Source of the DNA: Lama guanicoe
Taxonomy: Eukaryota
Assembly: GCA_013239625.1 (NCBI GenBank)
Contig: MU054323.1
Span: 6,189,220 to 6,253,219, forward strand
DNA length: 64,000 nt
Direction: 5' to 3'
The translations under genes and the position numbers were made by a program. Below the pieces are notes generated by a model, which saw only the letters and a list, made by a program, of their open reading frames with translations, had not been told where the DNA came from and ran no database searches. The stretch's first letter is position 1. Every line of letters starts with the position of its first letter. This document shows, piece after piece, positions 38,308-51,499 of the stretch.

Positions 38308-41054
38308 CTAATGCACAAAAGGAAAAGGACAACATGGTAAGTTCATTTTTTCAAGTACCAACTATGTCTTACAAAGACGCACATCTTTAAGAAAACAATT
38401 AACACTAAATCAATCATTATATGCAAATCTATCAGCAAAATGAAAACTGACCATTTAAAACAACCTAATGAAACTGTTTACTCATAAAGACTAAAAATGT
38501 TTTGAATGCTTTAATTAACAAACACATGAACTAATGATATTAAAAGAAAACAAAGTCATGTATTTTGTGCTAAAACCACTGATTATAATGTATAACTTTC
38601 TTCAGGAAAGATTTTAAAAGAGTAATAGTTTCATATCAATCCTTCATCAATATTCCCAATCACTAGTTTAGTCCTTATGACATTATAGTTCCCTATAAAT
38701 TTTTCTAATATTACTAATTTCCAAACACATATAATTGAGCAGTACAAAGTTGTATACATAAGCTGAAGCTTCAGAATCAGAGCTTTTCTACTACCAACTG
38801 AGTGCAACCCATTAGCAAATTAATAACTAATTACTCCAAAACTATCAAGTTGTGATCATCTCTGATAGTTCCAAAGATATTAAAGGGAATGAGCATGCAC
38901 TAACTCTCTACATTAATTCCCTTTATATATATATATATATATTTTTTTTTTTTTAGCTTAAGATGACTGATAATCTAGCCCAAAGGCTTAAGAGATATGG
39001 GGTATCAACCATTACCCATATTTAACTGATCATGTAGTTAACAAATCAAGTCCACAGTGCTCTTAAGTCATTTCATTCATTTGAGCAACAAACATGTACA
39101 AAGACATTTGAACTGTTAGGTCTTTACCACAAAAAGGAAGAAAAACTCAAACTCATCATGTTTTTTTATATCACTAATTAAACCTGCATCTGGCCACCTT
39201 TATCAGTTATGCCAGCAGGGGGAACCACCTGAACAAGTTACAGACTGTGTAACTAAGCTCTTTAAAGAGTGGTATCAGGTTTATTTATTTTTTTTTTTAT
39301 ACCTCACAATGACCTTGTAGAACACTTATATACTGAAATAAAAATGGTGATTAGACAGGAAGACTAAGAGCAGAGAAGAAAGTGCCCCAAACTAACTGGA
39401 AGAAAAAGAACATTGAGGGAAAAAACCATATAAATCATGCCAAATCACACATCTATAATGAACTTCATCCCTATTATTAGTAGGGCAAATGATCGTGTTA
39501 ACCAAGCTCTACATGTAACAGAAAACTTCTCTTCACCCTGCTCTCCTTTTTCCACTGCACTTACCATCTTTTCATTTACCTAGTGTGTTTATTGTCTGCC
39601 TCCCTCAACGAGAATGTGAGCTCTGTCAGAATAGGGGTATTTATCTGTTTTGCTCACTAAATATATCTCAAAAACCAAGAACAAGGCCTGGCCTGGCATT
39701 CAGTAAATATTTCTTGAGTGAAAGAATGAATGAAAAAGAGAAGAGTAACTCCAAGACAGCTTGGGAAGGTAAAACCATTAGGTTACCATGCACTACCAAA
39801 AAGAAGTGGATGAATATACTGGGCTTTTCATTTGTTTCTAAGAAAGCTAAATTCTTTTACCATTAAGCCAACTTAGTGTTATTAAAAATTTCAATGATAA
39901 TTATGAAGTACTGTATTCTTAAAGAAACATGTATATAGAAGTAGGGGGAAACTTAATATGAGCTGTTAGAATTTAATTCAAAAAACTATAAGCAAATCAA
40001 GCATTAACACTGTCTCAGGACAGCAGTCAATCTCCCAAATAATTCTTCAAAATAACCAAGTTTACTATTAGTCTCTCACATTATTTTCTATTTCTCCATG
40101 AATAAACCTGCAAAAGCCTAAGTTAAAAAGGAAAAAAAATTCAAAAATAATGTAGAACAGAAAAAAGCCACTAAAAGGTATTTTATGTAGTAAATGTTGC
40201 CCATAACATTTATTTTTGACATAATATGTTAACAACATACATAACAGCAATGTATTGTGCATTTTTCTTAATTTATTAAAGAGAATTTAGAAGTTTATCA
40301 ACAATAATAGAGTCCATTTAAAGAAGTAAATTTTTACACAGATTATCATAACCAATCACTTATAAACAATAGGATTTATTTTCTTTACATTTGCTTGTGA
40401 ATGAGAATTACTAGTTTATATCTGCAGTTGTCAACCTTGATTACTCATCTGGAAAAATAATGAAAATGAATCAAAAATAGATTCCCAACAAACTGGGTGA
40501 ATCAGAATCTCTGGTGAATGAATATCATAAATGTGTATTTTGAGAGAGCTTTACAACTGATTCTGATATACAAAAAAACTGAGAAATATTAAATTAATAC
40601 CTTTATAATAATACCTTTATAAAAGAAATAATAATTTCTTTACTAGACTCTAAAACAGAATTAAAGGTTCATCATAACCATGGCTAAACAGGTTGTTAAG
40701 AGTGACAACATGTCCAGGTATAGGCCGCCTGCCTCGTCATAATCAACAATGTATTTTTTTCACTCTCAAAAGGGTCTTGGTTTAGGAAAATAGATGATAT
40801 GACCATTCTAGAAACACTGAAAATATACTACAGACTTTTGAGAGTTAAAAGTTGCTACAGATATCAATATCCCTTCCATAACCATACTAATTCTATCCAT
40901 TACAATTCTAATACTCTGATGAATACATTTATCTCAGTATCAAAGAAAAAGTATTCTTGAATACTGCTATTAAGATGAAATTTGAAAGACTAAAAATACA
41001 AGCTATTCAAAGAGGTTACAAACTAGAAAAAGGCAACAAAATTTTATGAAGTTA

Positions 41055-41143
41055 TATATTTTTTTTAATGGAGGTACTTGGGATGGAATCCAGGACCTTG
41101 TGTATGCTAAGCATGTACTCTGCCACTGAGCTATACTCACCCC
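41055..41143 (-). mobile_element. tRNA-Ala-derived SINE (Vic-1 type, short form)
   Basis: Reverse complement reads gtatagctcagtggcagagtacatgcttagcatacacaaggtcctggattc (A/B boxes) plus A-tail. TSD tatgaagtta at 41045-41054 and 41144-41153. Confidence 0.9.
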
Positions 41144-42167
41144 TATGAAGTTACTTTTTAAGTAAAATACCAAACAACTGATAATGAAAGTGTATTTATC
41201 TCACTGATAAATTTGGCCCTCAGTGAAAATGAATAGACAAATATAATTAGGTTTAAGCTCTTCTTTAACCTTAAGCTCATACTATTTGTACAGATGTTCT
41301 GCATACCAAAATTATGTGAAGACTACAAAAAATCACAACTATAATGCATGCAAACACCTCCAAGTACTTGGGAATTCATTTAAAGGTAAAAGTTACCAAA
41401 TCCATAACCTCTAACAAGAGGTAAGCTAACTTTGCAGCTGTCCAGCAAGACTGCATAGTCATTTGTTAGGCATAAATTTCACTCAACCAAACCCATACAT
41501 GTTAAACCATTTTGGGGATAAATAAGTGCTAAGTTTATAAAGAATTTAAAATTTATTGCTATTTCATCCTGTTTGAACACCTGCACATGTTTTGTTTTGT
41601 TTTTTAATGTGAACTGGTTTCTTGGAAGGAACAATGTCACGATCAAAAACAGAAGTCAGTTAATTAGAATGGATTTTTGTCACTCTCCAGGAAGAAAATG
41701 AAGTATATATAAGCAGATTCTAAACCACCAATGCCACTCTCAAAAAAAGGCAAAAGAAGTTTTTCAGTCCTATAAGAAAGTATGTCTCAAAAATTTTTTA
41801 ACCTAAGAAACTGAAGCTAAAATAAATCACTTAGAAAAATGAGAAGTAGTGGCCTCTGAAAACGAAAAAGGAATCTAAGAGTCTAATATTTAGGATGAAG
41901 AATTAGAGTGTATAATATTTCAGATGATAGGGTAACAGAAATTAATTTAAAAATTACTTTTAGGGAATGTACAAAATTATTTGAAGACTTCTGCTTATTT
42001 CAGTTAAGGATCATTCTGTGACAAATTCACAGAAGAATCTACAAAGATTTCCCATTCTGATCTATATCCTAATACAATAATATGATAAAAGTAGCAGGAA
42101 ATAAAAGGGGACAAATTTCAAAAAGGGAAAAGACTGGATTGTGTACCAAATACCACCCTCTCCCATA

Positions 42168-42392
42168 AAGCAGCACAAGGCTTTGCAAAGGTCAAGCCAA
42201 ATTTACATGAAATGGTTTTGGCGCATGCTTTCTTATACCAGGCAAAGCTTAAACTGGAGTAGTGCTGGAGAGATTTACGTTTTCTCCTCACCAGAAGATG
42301 TCGAGGTCTTTGTGGTTCAAAAGCTGAGGGATGCTGCTTCGGAGATGGAGGTCCCTGTGGATGAAGAGGATAATTCGGATGTAGCTAACTGA
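42168..42392 (+). pseudogene. Frameshifted fragment resembling an L1-clade ORF1p C-terminal domain
   Basis: Reconstructed over two compensating frameshifts: KQHKA/FAKVKPNLHEMVLAHAFLYQAKLKLE/AGEIYVFSSPEDVEVFVVQKLRDAASEMEVPVDEEDNSDVAN*. Matches the L-Y-P-A-K-L...G...F-x-S-P-E motif by eye only. Confidence 0.55.
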
Positions 42393-43337
42393 ATGGACTA
42401 ATGTTCTATTTAAGTTTTAATTATTTGATGGTGGACCACAGTGATTTTTTTAACTAAGTCATTCTTTTTGGTTTTGGTAACTTTAAAGTTTTCCCAAGTA
42501 GACTGTTCACTGTTAATGGACTTATTTGAGGGATTTCGTCATATTGTTTAAAAAGTTCATGGAGAGAGATTTTTTATTTTTAACTCATATTTTTTGAGAG
42601 AATGAGAGTAAAATAGACAAAAGACAGAAAAAGAATGGAGGAAAAATACCTGTGTGTACATTCAGTTGCTTAATACCATATTCATTTTAATTTTAGTCCT
42701 AACAGAGCCAAAATCTTGAATTCTAAAACCTCTGAATTCCATCTCCTATGAATAACCATGTATGTAGATATAACCCTCTGACCATATCCTTTTAGGACAG
42801 TAATGTTCATTCACTCCATGGGAAATCTACTGTGATTAATATAACATTAAGTTGGAAAGTTTTAGATTTTGGGAAATATTAACAGGTACCATTAAAGTAT
42901 TTTCTTTGACGATTCCTCTCACTCAACTTCTTTTTTAGGCCACAGGCATGAGGATGAGTCCATCATGTAATCTGCAAAGTAAAAGACTACAGACCTGCCC
43001 TGACCTTTATCTCTTAAGCTTAAGCTTACTTTTCTTAATAAAATTTCTGAAAGGGGACAATTCCTAAAAGAAGACATTGCAGTAATAACATGGAAATCCA
43101 GCAATCAATGAAAGGTGTATTAATACTGAGCTTTGTGAATCAAAACACTTAATGGCAGCTAAAATTCTAATTTACAAGTGTTCGAGTGAAATGTTTAAAA
43201 TAATTTTTACATTTGAAGGCAAAGCCATCTATTGCACAAAAATGTAACTATACTCTTTCACATTCCAAAGATAAGGGGAAAGGGAGGCTGAGCAGAACAA
43301 ACAATAACAATCAAGAAATTCAAATAGTAGCACTCAC

Positions 43338-43428
43338 CAACACATTTTTCAGCCAATTCACCTAAAAAAGCATCTGACAATTTTGGATTCCAGTCCCTGG
43401 TATGGATCTGTAAAATGTGTTTTCTTGC
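43338..43428 (-). CDS. ATAD2B: ATAD2B coding exon, window exon 4 (AAA1 lid)
   Basis: Read by hand. Acceptor ccttcttAG|GCA, donor TTG|GTGAGT; 91 nt. Encodes ARKHILQIHTRDWNPKLSDAFLGELAEKCV(G). Confidence 0.95.
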
Positions 43429-44419
43429 CTAAGAAGGAAAGCACAGATAAATAAAATCTTGCCTAAGAAAAAAGTACAAGTAAACAAAATATCATCAACC
43501 CCTCAAAAGTATTAGCTGGAACAAATTAATGAAATAAACATATCCCAGAAAAGCAACTGTTTATTTTTAAAAGAAACTTTTAACACCTTGGCACCTGCAT
43601 CAACTCTGACTCCCGTAATAACTCCATGAGTTATGTAGTAGAGAGCTTGTCTCTGTTTCACAAACTAAGACATTTAATATTCTAAGAGGTCAAGGAACTT
43701 CACTAGTGGCACATATGACTATGTGACTGATCTAGGAACAGAATTAAAAACTAAATTTGACTTTCCGCCACATCATTTTTAACATGTGAAAAGATATAAA
43801 CAAAAGCTTTAACATGTTATGATAATCTTAACTTTTAAACAAACTTTATATTTAGATTTCACAGATCTTTTGGTTCTAATATGCATTAAAGTATCATGAC
43901 TGACAATGAGCTAAAGGACAGGTAATTTTAAAACTTGAAAAAAAAGTTTTAAGTTGAAAAAGTTTTCAATTAAGAAACATAATGTTTATTGTCATCTTGT
44001 TAGTTGATGCTTTCACATTTAATATATAACAAGGTAATCTCCATATTAATTGAACTCACTGAATAAACCAAAGGTTTATAAAACCTTACTTTGACTTTTT
44101 ATACTGCATTTTCTACATTGTACAGTCCTAGAAGCTCACTTGGGTAAAAAGATGATGCTGTATATACTATGTTTCCTAACCTGACAAAGCTAAATAAATG
44201 CCTGTAGGTTGCATTGTCAATCCAAAGCTGAGACAAATACAGTGGCTGTACAGACTGTCAGACTGAGGTATTAACTGCTCTGCACAGACTGCTCTGTACA
44301 GCAGAGCCACTGCATTCATTTCCCTATGGTCTTCTTTACTGTACTGATCACTAAGCCTCTCACATCTATGCACGTAAACCACACATTTCATAGAGATCCA
44401 AAATCAAAGCCATATAACA

Positions 44420-44423
<4 letters not shown>

Positions 44424-44450
<27 letters not shown>
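44424..44450. repeat. (GT)n microsatellite
   Basis: About 13 perfect GT units. Confidence 0.95.
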
Positions 44451-44454
<4 letters not shown>

Positions 44455-45163
44455 ATAGTCATATATAGTATCCTCTCTGCTCTCTTTAGGTTATATTTGT
44501 ATAGGTATATATTATAAATGTTCTAGTTAGGTTTGGTGTGTTAAATCACATGGAAAGCACTGTCAAATATATTATCTTCTCTACATACGTCTGTCCCTCT
44601 CAAACTTTAATTCCCAGTTAAGATGACAGTCAACGAATAAACTGGTCAAATCAAGACTAACAAAATAATTTCAAGAAAAATAGGAAAAAACAACTTTGTA
44701 TATTAAATACCATTTTACATAGTCAATGACTATGCATTGCCCTGTTTTAATTATACATTCTTTTAAAAATTACACTATAATGAATAGCATTTCATTTTAG
44801 CTGCTTTTAATTATGATGTTAGTCATTTCTTTGAAAATTTGCATATTGCACTCTTGTTCATAAAGCCACCAATATTCTAAAAATGTTATTTTTATGGGAA
44901 TAAAACTAGTTTGGCTAATGAGGGACATATAAACTTCCTCACAAGATAATTACTACAATCTGGAGAACTAAAGAAAAGAGTAAGTAAGCATCTATACTAA
45001 CACAATCAAGGATTTTACTCTTACTTCCTAAAAGTCATAAACTTTCTGATCATTGTTAAGAAAAAGACTTTTCAATAGTTAACAAGTTTCCTAAAGTTTA
45101 ACTAAGACTCCTGATAAGCACAAAATTTTTTAAATGAAAATTCATAAAATTCCACTTTCAAAG

Positions 45164-45198
<35 letters not shown>

Positions 45199-45238
45199 AT
45201 GTATGAATATATATACATATATATATACACACACACAC
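45164..45238. repeat. Compound (TA)n(TG)n...(TA)n(CA)n microsatellite
   Basis: Seen directly, 60-140 nt downstream of the exon 3 donor. Confidence 0.9.
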
Positions 45239-45300
45239 AACACATATTTCATAATGGAATCACAAATACATTTTAATATATCAAAAACAGAAACCCTTAC

Positions 45301-45460
45301 CTTTTGATCAGGGAGGTTGAAAAGAAATTCTCTATCAAAACGACCAGGTCTCCTGAGAGCGGGATCTATAGAATCAAGTCTATTTGTAGCACCAATAACA
45401 ACAATTTCACCCCTATTGTCTAATCCATCCATAAGAGCAAGGAGGGTTGACACTATAGAG
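45301..45460 (-). CDS. ATAD2B: ATAD2B coding exon, window exon 3 (sensor 1 / second region of homology)
   Basis: Acceptor ttgttacAG|C, donor AAG|GTAAGG; 160 nt. Encodes [53 protein letters not shown], with GATNR and the RRPGRFD Arg finger. Confidence 0.97.
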
Positions 45461-45639
45461 CTGTAACAAAATTTTCAGAAAAAATTAAAAATTTTTCAAA
45501 GGAAACAAAGAAAAATTTGTAAAAATCTGCTGCTTATACTAGCTTTTATCACTTTTAAATGCTAATAAAATGGATTTTTATATTTGTGTTCATAAGTAAA
45601 ATTTGGTTCCAATAAACTTTCTCATATTGTTCTAAACAG

Positions 45640-47560
45640 GTTTTTTAAAGTCTTTTGAAGAACATACAATACACTGAACATAAAGTATACAATTTGATAA
45701 GTTCTGAAATATGTATTTACCTATGAAATTATCATCACAATGAAAATAAGTAACATACCCATTATACTCTTCCTCATGCCCTCTCTCATCCACCCTCACT
45801 GTTCCTTCTGACTTCTACCCAATCTCCTGGCAACTGCTGATCTGAGCTCTGTCACTATAAATTAGCCTGCATTATCTAAAATTTTATATAGCGTAAGTAT
45901 TTTTTTTTCCTGGATTCTTTCCCTTGGCATAATTATTTTAAAATTCACCACATAGTTGGTTTGATAATAGTTTATTCTTTTTGATTATTAAGCAGTATTC
46001 CATTTTATGGATATATCACAATTTCTTGATTCACATGTTGGGGGCCATTTCAGATTGTTTCCACTTTTGGGCTATTACCAAAAAAGTTATGAACATTCAC
46101 ATACAAGTCGTGAAGATTTTTCCCATAGGTTTTCTACCTAGAAGTTTTATACTTTTACCTCTTAAGCTTACACCTTTATCCTCTTAATCTTTAATGTTCA
46201 CAGAATCTGAAACATCACATTTTGCATTCCTAACATTGCTTACCAGTGTCTTTTTTATCATGATCAATTGTACCAGAGGTTGGTCAATTTTATTATTTTT
46301 TTCAAAGAAGCAACTTTTGAATTTCTTGATTTTTGTGTATCTTTATTTGCAGTTCACATATTGTTAGCTATAGGTTTTTGTTTTATTAGCACCATAGGTT
46401 ACTTAGAATTAGAGCAATAGTTCTTAATAACAAACATAAAGTCCTCTACTTATCTTTTTGTTATTTGTTTCTTACATTTTGTCTATTACTAAATTTTGGA
46501 AATTAGTTGTGATTTAAGGCACACTCAATCAATTTTTGTAAATGTTGTGTATGCTTGAAAATAGTATTCATGCTATGTTTGCCTTAGGTGAGTATGCCCA
46601 CAAGATCAGATTCATAAAATATGGTTGTTCAAATAATCTAGAGGATTAATTTATTTTTTACTCATTTGGTCTATTAATTACTGAGAGGTACATGATATCT
46701 CTCACAATGATTATCAATATGACTTTTACTTGGCAGTTCTGTTAATTTTTGTTTTATATAGTGTGAAATGTAGTCATTAGGGAATTTTAAACTTTAAATT
46801 GCTACATCTCTCAACAAATTGAAGCTGTTATCATTATAAGGTGATCCTCCTCAGCAACAGTAACTTTCTGTAAGTATTTACCTGATGATGTAATTTTATA
46901 CTATTTTATGAATTCGACCATTTCAGACACTTTATATAAATAAAATAGTACAATATGTGACTTTTTGTGTCTGGCTTTGTTTCACTTAGCATATAGTATT
47001 TGGGGTTCACCGATGTTACATGTATAAGATAAACTGACAATATGGGTCAGAATTTCATTCCTTTTTGAGACTGAGTAATATTCCACCATATGACTATATC
47101 ACATTTTATTTAATCATTCATCAGCTTATGGACATTTGAGTTATTTCTATGTTTTTGCTATTATGAATAACACTGCTAAGAGTATTTGTGACTAAGCTTT
47201 TCCATGCCTTTCCTCCACCACTTGGAATCTTTCTGTATTCTTATATGGAGATGTGTCTCTTCTGAACAAAACATCAGCATATTTTGTTTTTCCCCAGTCT
47301 GACAGTCTTTGTCTTTCAAAAAGAGCATTTAAGCCATTTACACTTCATGTAATTACTGACATATCTGAGTTTTAACTCTACAATTATATTTTGTGTTATT
47401 TCTCCCACTGCTTCTATGATTCTCCCTTCCCTTCTTGATTGCTTTTAGAATGATCTTTAAAAATTATTCTATTTTCCCCTACTAATAGTTTAGTAATTAT
47501 ACAATGTTTCTATTGTATTAGTGATTACTCTAGAATTTAAACCAAATACTTGGTACTCAA
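45640..47560 (-). mobile_element. Old L1 fragments (3'UTRs and ORF2 remnant)
   Basis: L1 3'UTR phrases (tattccattttatggatatatcacaattt; ttccacttttgggctatt) and T-rich antisense ORF2 sequence. Confidence 0.7.
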
Positions 47561-47569
47561 AGGTTTCAC

Positions 47570-49970
47570 TTTCAAGTATGATGGATAAAAACCCTGCCGA
47601 ACAACCCCTTGCTTCCCTTCAGAAAAAAACTACAAAATATGTACATAATAATACATAAGCATATACCTGAAGGAACCAGTGAGTAAATAGAAACAGATAT
47701 ATTCTGGTGGCAGTTCATGATCATTTGGAGGAAGGGAGACATAGAAATCAAATTGCCCTCTCTCTGGCCTTTAGCATGGGTCTGAGTACAGTGAGGTAGG
47801 AGAGGAAAATTATATGAGGAAACCCCTTAACTTTCCAGTCTGAGAGTTCAGAAAAGAGAAAGTGGAAAACCAGTAACACTGAAGAATGTGGTGATCCTAC
47901 CAGGGCACAACCCAATGAAGATATTCCCACATCTCTGAACGATCCCTAACAAAGGCACAGAGCAATCAAAGGATCCAGCTAAAGACAATGATTTCAAAGG
48001 AGACCAATGCTGCCAGTCTAGAAATTGTCTGCATTTCAAATTGAACCCAGAAAATTATCTGCTAAAACAAAGGAAATATTACTCATAAAAGAATAATAAT
48101 AGAATCCAGAGGCTCCACAAACTAACATTACTAAGTTAACCCAAACAAAACTGCCCAACAAATCAAGAACCAAAACAGAACATATTTTTAAGAGAAAAAA
48201 AATATCAAACAGGCCTAACAGTGAGATGAACCAGATACTGAAACTAATACAAAAGGATTTTAAAGCAACTATTATCAACTAACATTGGTGAAGTAAAACA
48301 AAACATGTTTAAATTCATGAAAATCACAGTGGAAAAAATAGATAACGAAAAAGAATCAAACGTTAAGTCTTACAACTGAAATATAAACTTTCTGAAATAC
48401 GAAATGTATTGGCCATACATAATAGCAAAATAGACATGAAAAGGAAAGTGAAGATTGATTGACGATCAATAAAAAATTATCCAAACTGAAGAGAGAAGAT
48501 GACTCAAAAAAGACAAATTTGCAGATACATAACACCAATCAAAACAAACACAAAACCCATATTGAGGCGTATCATGGCTAAATTGCTAAAAACCAAAGAT
48601 ATAGAGCAAAAGCAGCGAGAGAAAAACAACATACTATTAAGCATGGGAACAATGATCCCAATAATAGCTTTCCACTTCTGGGCTGCAATGTAATGAAGAT
48701 AAAATTCTGGTAGAGATCAGCTGACTCATTAAGTGGAAGAGACAGAGCTGAGATTCCAGGGAGACCACGATCCTAAGAAAGGGAACCAGAGGTGAGACCA
48801 CTACACACGAAGAGAACTTAGGAAATATACACAGGACCCTTCAGGAATTCAGATAAATACTGATAAGTGTATGTGAGGAAATTACTCAAGGCTTATGAAA
48901 AAAACACCCAGAAGGACTAGAAGAAACAGTATTTCACACTGACAGAGAGCCAGGAATATTGCCAGTTCCCATAAGCCAGACTGGTAAACCTCATGATTCA
49001 CAGGTCACTGCGTCAAATACACAGAAGGACTTTCCTTCATTAGTGAGGAATAATTAGCCCTACACTGAAGACTACTCCAGATCCACATAACAAATCTTAA
49101 AAGCAAAACTCAAAAGAATCAAATTGTTTTCAGGTAAATTAACTGTCTTAAAAAAATAAAATTAAAAAACCTCAAGAATATTTATTGATAATATCATGTC
49201 TAGCACTCAACAAGGCAAAAATTTATGTCTGGCATGCAATAAAAGTTGCCAGGTACACAAAGAAGTTGGAAAATAGTCCACAAGGAAACAATAAAATGAA
49301 TTTAAAAAACCAACCCAGAACTGACTAAAATATTAGAATTACCAGATAAGGACATTAATTACTATAATCATATTACATATGTTAAAAATAGACCCAAATA
49401 GAACTTCTAGAGATAAAATTTAAAATATGAAGGAGAAAAATATAACAAAGGGGATTAAAACAGACTAGACATTGAGGAAGAAAAGATGAGTGAGCTAGAA
49501 GACAGAGCAACAGAAACTACCTAATACGAAACATAGAAAAGGTAGTTTAAAGCAAAATTAATGAATCATCAGTGAACTGCGGAATATAAGCAACTTAACA
49601 TAGGTGTAATTGGAGGTCCACAAAGAGAGAGACAGGAACAAGGGAGACAGAAAAAATATTTTAAGAAATAATGGACAAAAACATTACAGCTATGATGAAA
49701 ACTAGAAGCTCACAGATTTAAGCAGCTCAATTCAAGAATAAGAATATTCTACCAAAGAACATCCGTAAACAAATTGCACAAAGCCACTGATGAAGAAGAA
49801 AAAACTAAAAGCACTCATAGGAAAAAGATACATTACAAAACAAAGAAACAAAGGTAACAAAAGAACTCTACTGAAACAATACGAAGAAGATAGGGACCAA
49901 CATCTTTAAAGTACTGAAGGGAAAAAAAAAAAAGTGTAAAACTTGAATTCTATGCCCAGAGAAAAATCTT
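47570..49970 (+). mobile_element. Old L1 5' region / ORF1 remnants
   Basis: A-rich, with ORF1-like phrases (RRIMAKLLKTKD; gaattctatgcccagagaaaa resembling RILYPAK), apparently two overlapping 5'/ORF1 copies. Confidence 0.6.
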
Positions 49971-50029
49971 CAAAAACAGACTAAAAATAGCTACCTATTT
50001 TTAGTAATAAGCAATAGTAAATAAGGAAA

Positions 50030-51013
50030 TTGGAACATTTTCACAACAGATACAAAAATGAACTGAAAGTAGATTAAAGACCTAAATGTGAGACCAGAAC
50101 CAGAAACTCCTAGAAAAAACCATAGGCAACACTTTCTTTGACATAAGTCTTAGCAATTTTTTTTTTGCATGTCTCCTCAGGAAAGGGAAACAGAAGCAAA
50201 AATAAACAAACAAGACCTAATTAAAGTTAAAAGCTTTTGCACAGCAAAGGAAACCATCAAAAAAAAAAGACAACCTACTGAATAGGAGAAGGTATTTGCC
50301 AACGATGTGTCTGGTAAGGGGTTAATATCCAAAATATATAAACAGCTCACACAGCTCAATATAAAAAATAAACAACACAATTAAAAAGTGGACAGAAGAC
50401 CTGAATAGATATTTTTCCAAAGAAGACACAAAGATGGCCAACAGGCACACAAAAAGATGTTCAACATCACTAATCATCAAGGAAATGGAAATCAAAGCCA
50501 CAATGAGATATCACCTTACACCTGTCAAAATGGCTATTATCAAAAAGAGAATAAATAATAAATGTTGGCAAGGATGTGGAGAATTGGGAACCCTAGTGAT
50601 TAGTGGGAATGTAAACTGGTACAGCCACTATGCAAAACATTATGGAGGTTCTTCAAAAAATTAAAAATAGAACTACCATACAATTCAGCAATTCTATTCC
50701 TGGTATTTATCTGTAAAAAATGAAAATACTAATTCAAAAAGATATATACATTTCAATGTTCACAGCACTGTTATTTACAATAGCCAAGATATGGAAGTAG
50801 CCTAAGTGTCCATCAACAGACAAATATATGAAGATGTAGTGTATAGACACACACATACACATATATACACACAATATATAACTATAAAATTGTATATATA
50901 TATTCTATATATACATATATAGAATACATATAATATATACATATACGTATATATGTATATATACATATATATAATACATATAATAATATAATATATATAC
51001 ATATATATAATAC

Positions 51014-51044
<31 letters not shown>

Positions 51045-51485
51045 AATACACACATATATACATACACATACAGTCATAAAAAAGAGTGAAATTTTACCAC
51101 CTGCAACAACAAGGACAGACCTGGAGAATATTATGATTAATGAAGTAAGTCAGACAGAGAAAGACAAATGCTGTATGTTTTCACTTCTATGTGGAATCCA
51201 AAAACCCAAAACAAATATAACAAAATAGAAACAGATTCATAGAGAACAAACTAGAGGTTACCAGTGAAGAGAGGGGCAAGACAGTGGAAGGGGATTAAGA
51301 GGTACAAACTACTAGGTATAAAATAAATAAGATACAAGGATATAATATACAGCACAGAGGATATAATCAATATTTTATAATAATTTTAATGGAGTATAGG
51401 TTATAAAAATACCAAATTACTATGTTGCACAACTTGAAACTAATATAATATTGTAAATCAACTATACTTCAATAAAAAAAGAAAA
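50030..51485 (+). mobile_element. L1 3' portion (L1MA9-like), ORF2 C-terminus plus 3'UTR and A-tail
   Basis: [38 protein letters not shown]...KCWQGCG is the ORF2 Cys-rich end. Ends gtaaatcaactatacttcaataaaaaaa. Confidence 0.92.
50845..51070. repeat. Degenerate (TA/CA)n low-complexity expansion inside the L1 3'UTR
   Basis: About 225 bp of ta/ca dinucleotides; source of the spurious Y/I-rich ORFs. Confidence 0.95.
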
Positions 51486-51499
51486 AACACAGGCTAAGC

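Noticed and set aside
42141..42392. 83-aa plus-strand ORF as an intact nested antisense gene
   Set aside because: It starts at GTG with no promoter or splice evidence, and the middle only makes sense in another frame. Kept as a frameshifted retroelement-like fragment instead.
50802..51077. Tyr/Ile/Cys-rich ORFs
   Set aside because: Translation artefacts of a (TA/CA)n expansion.
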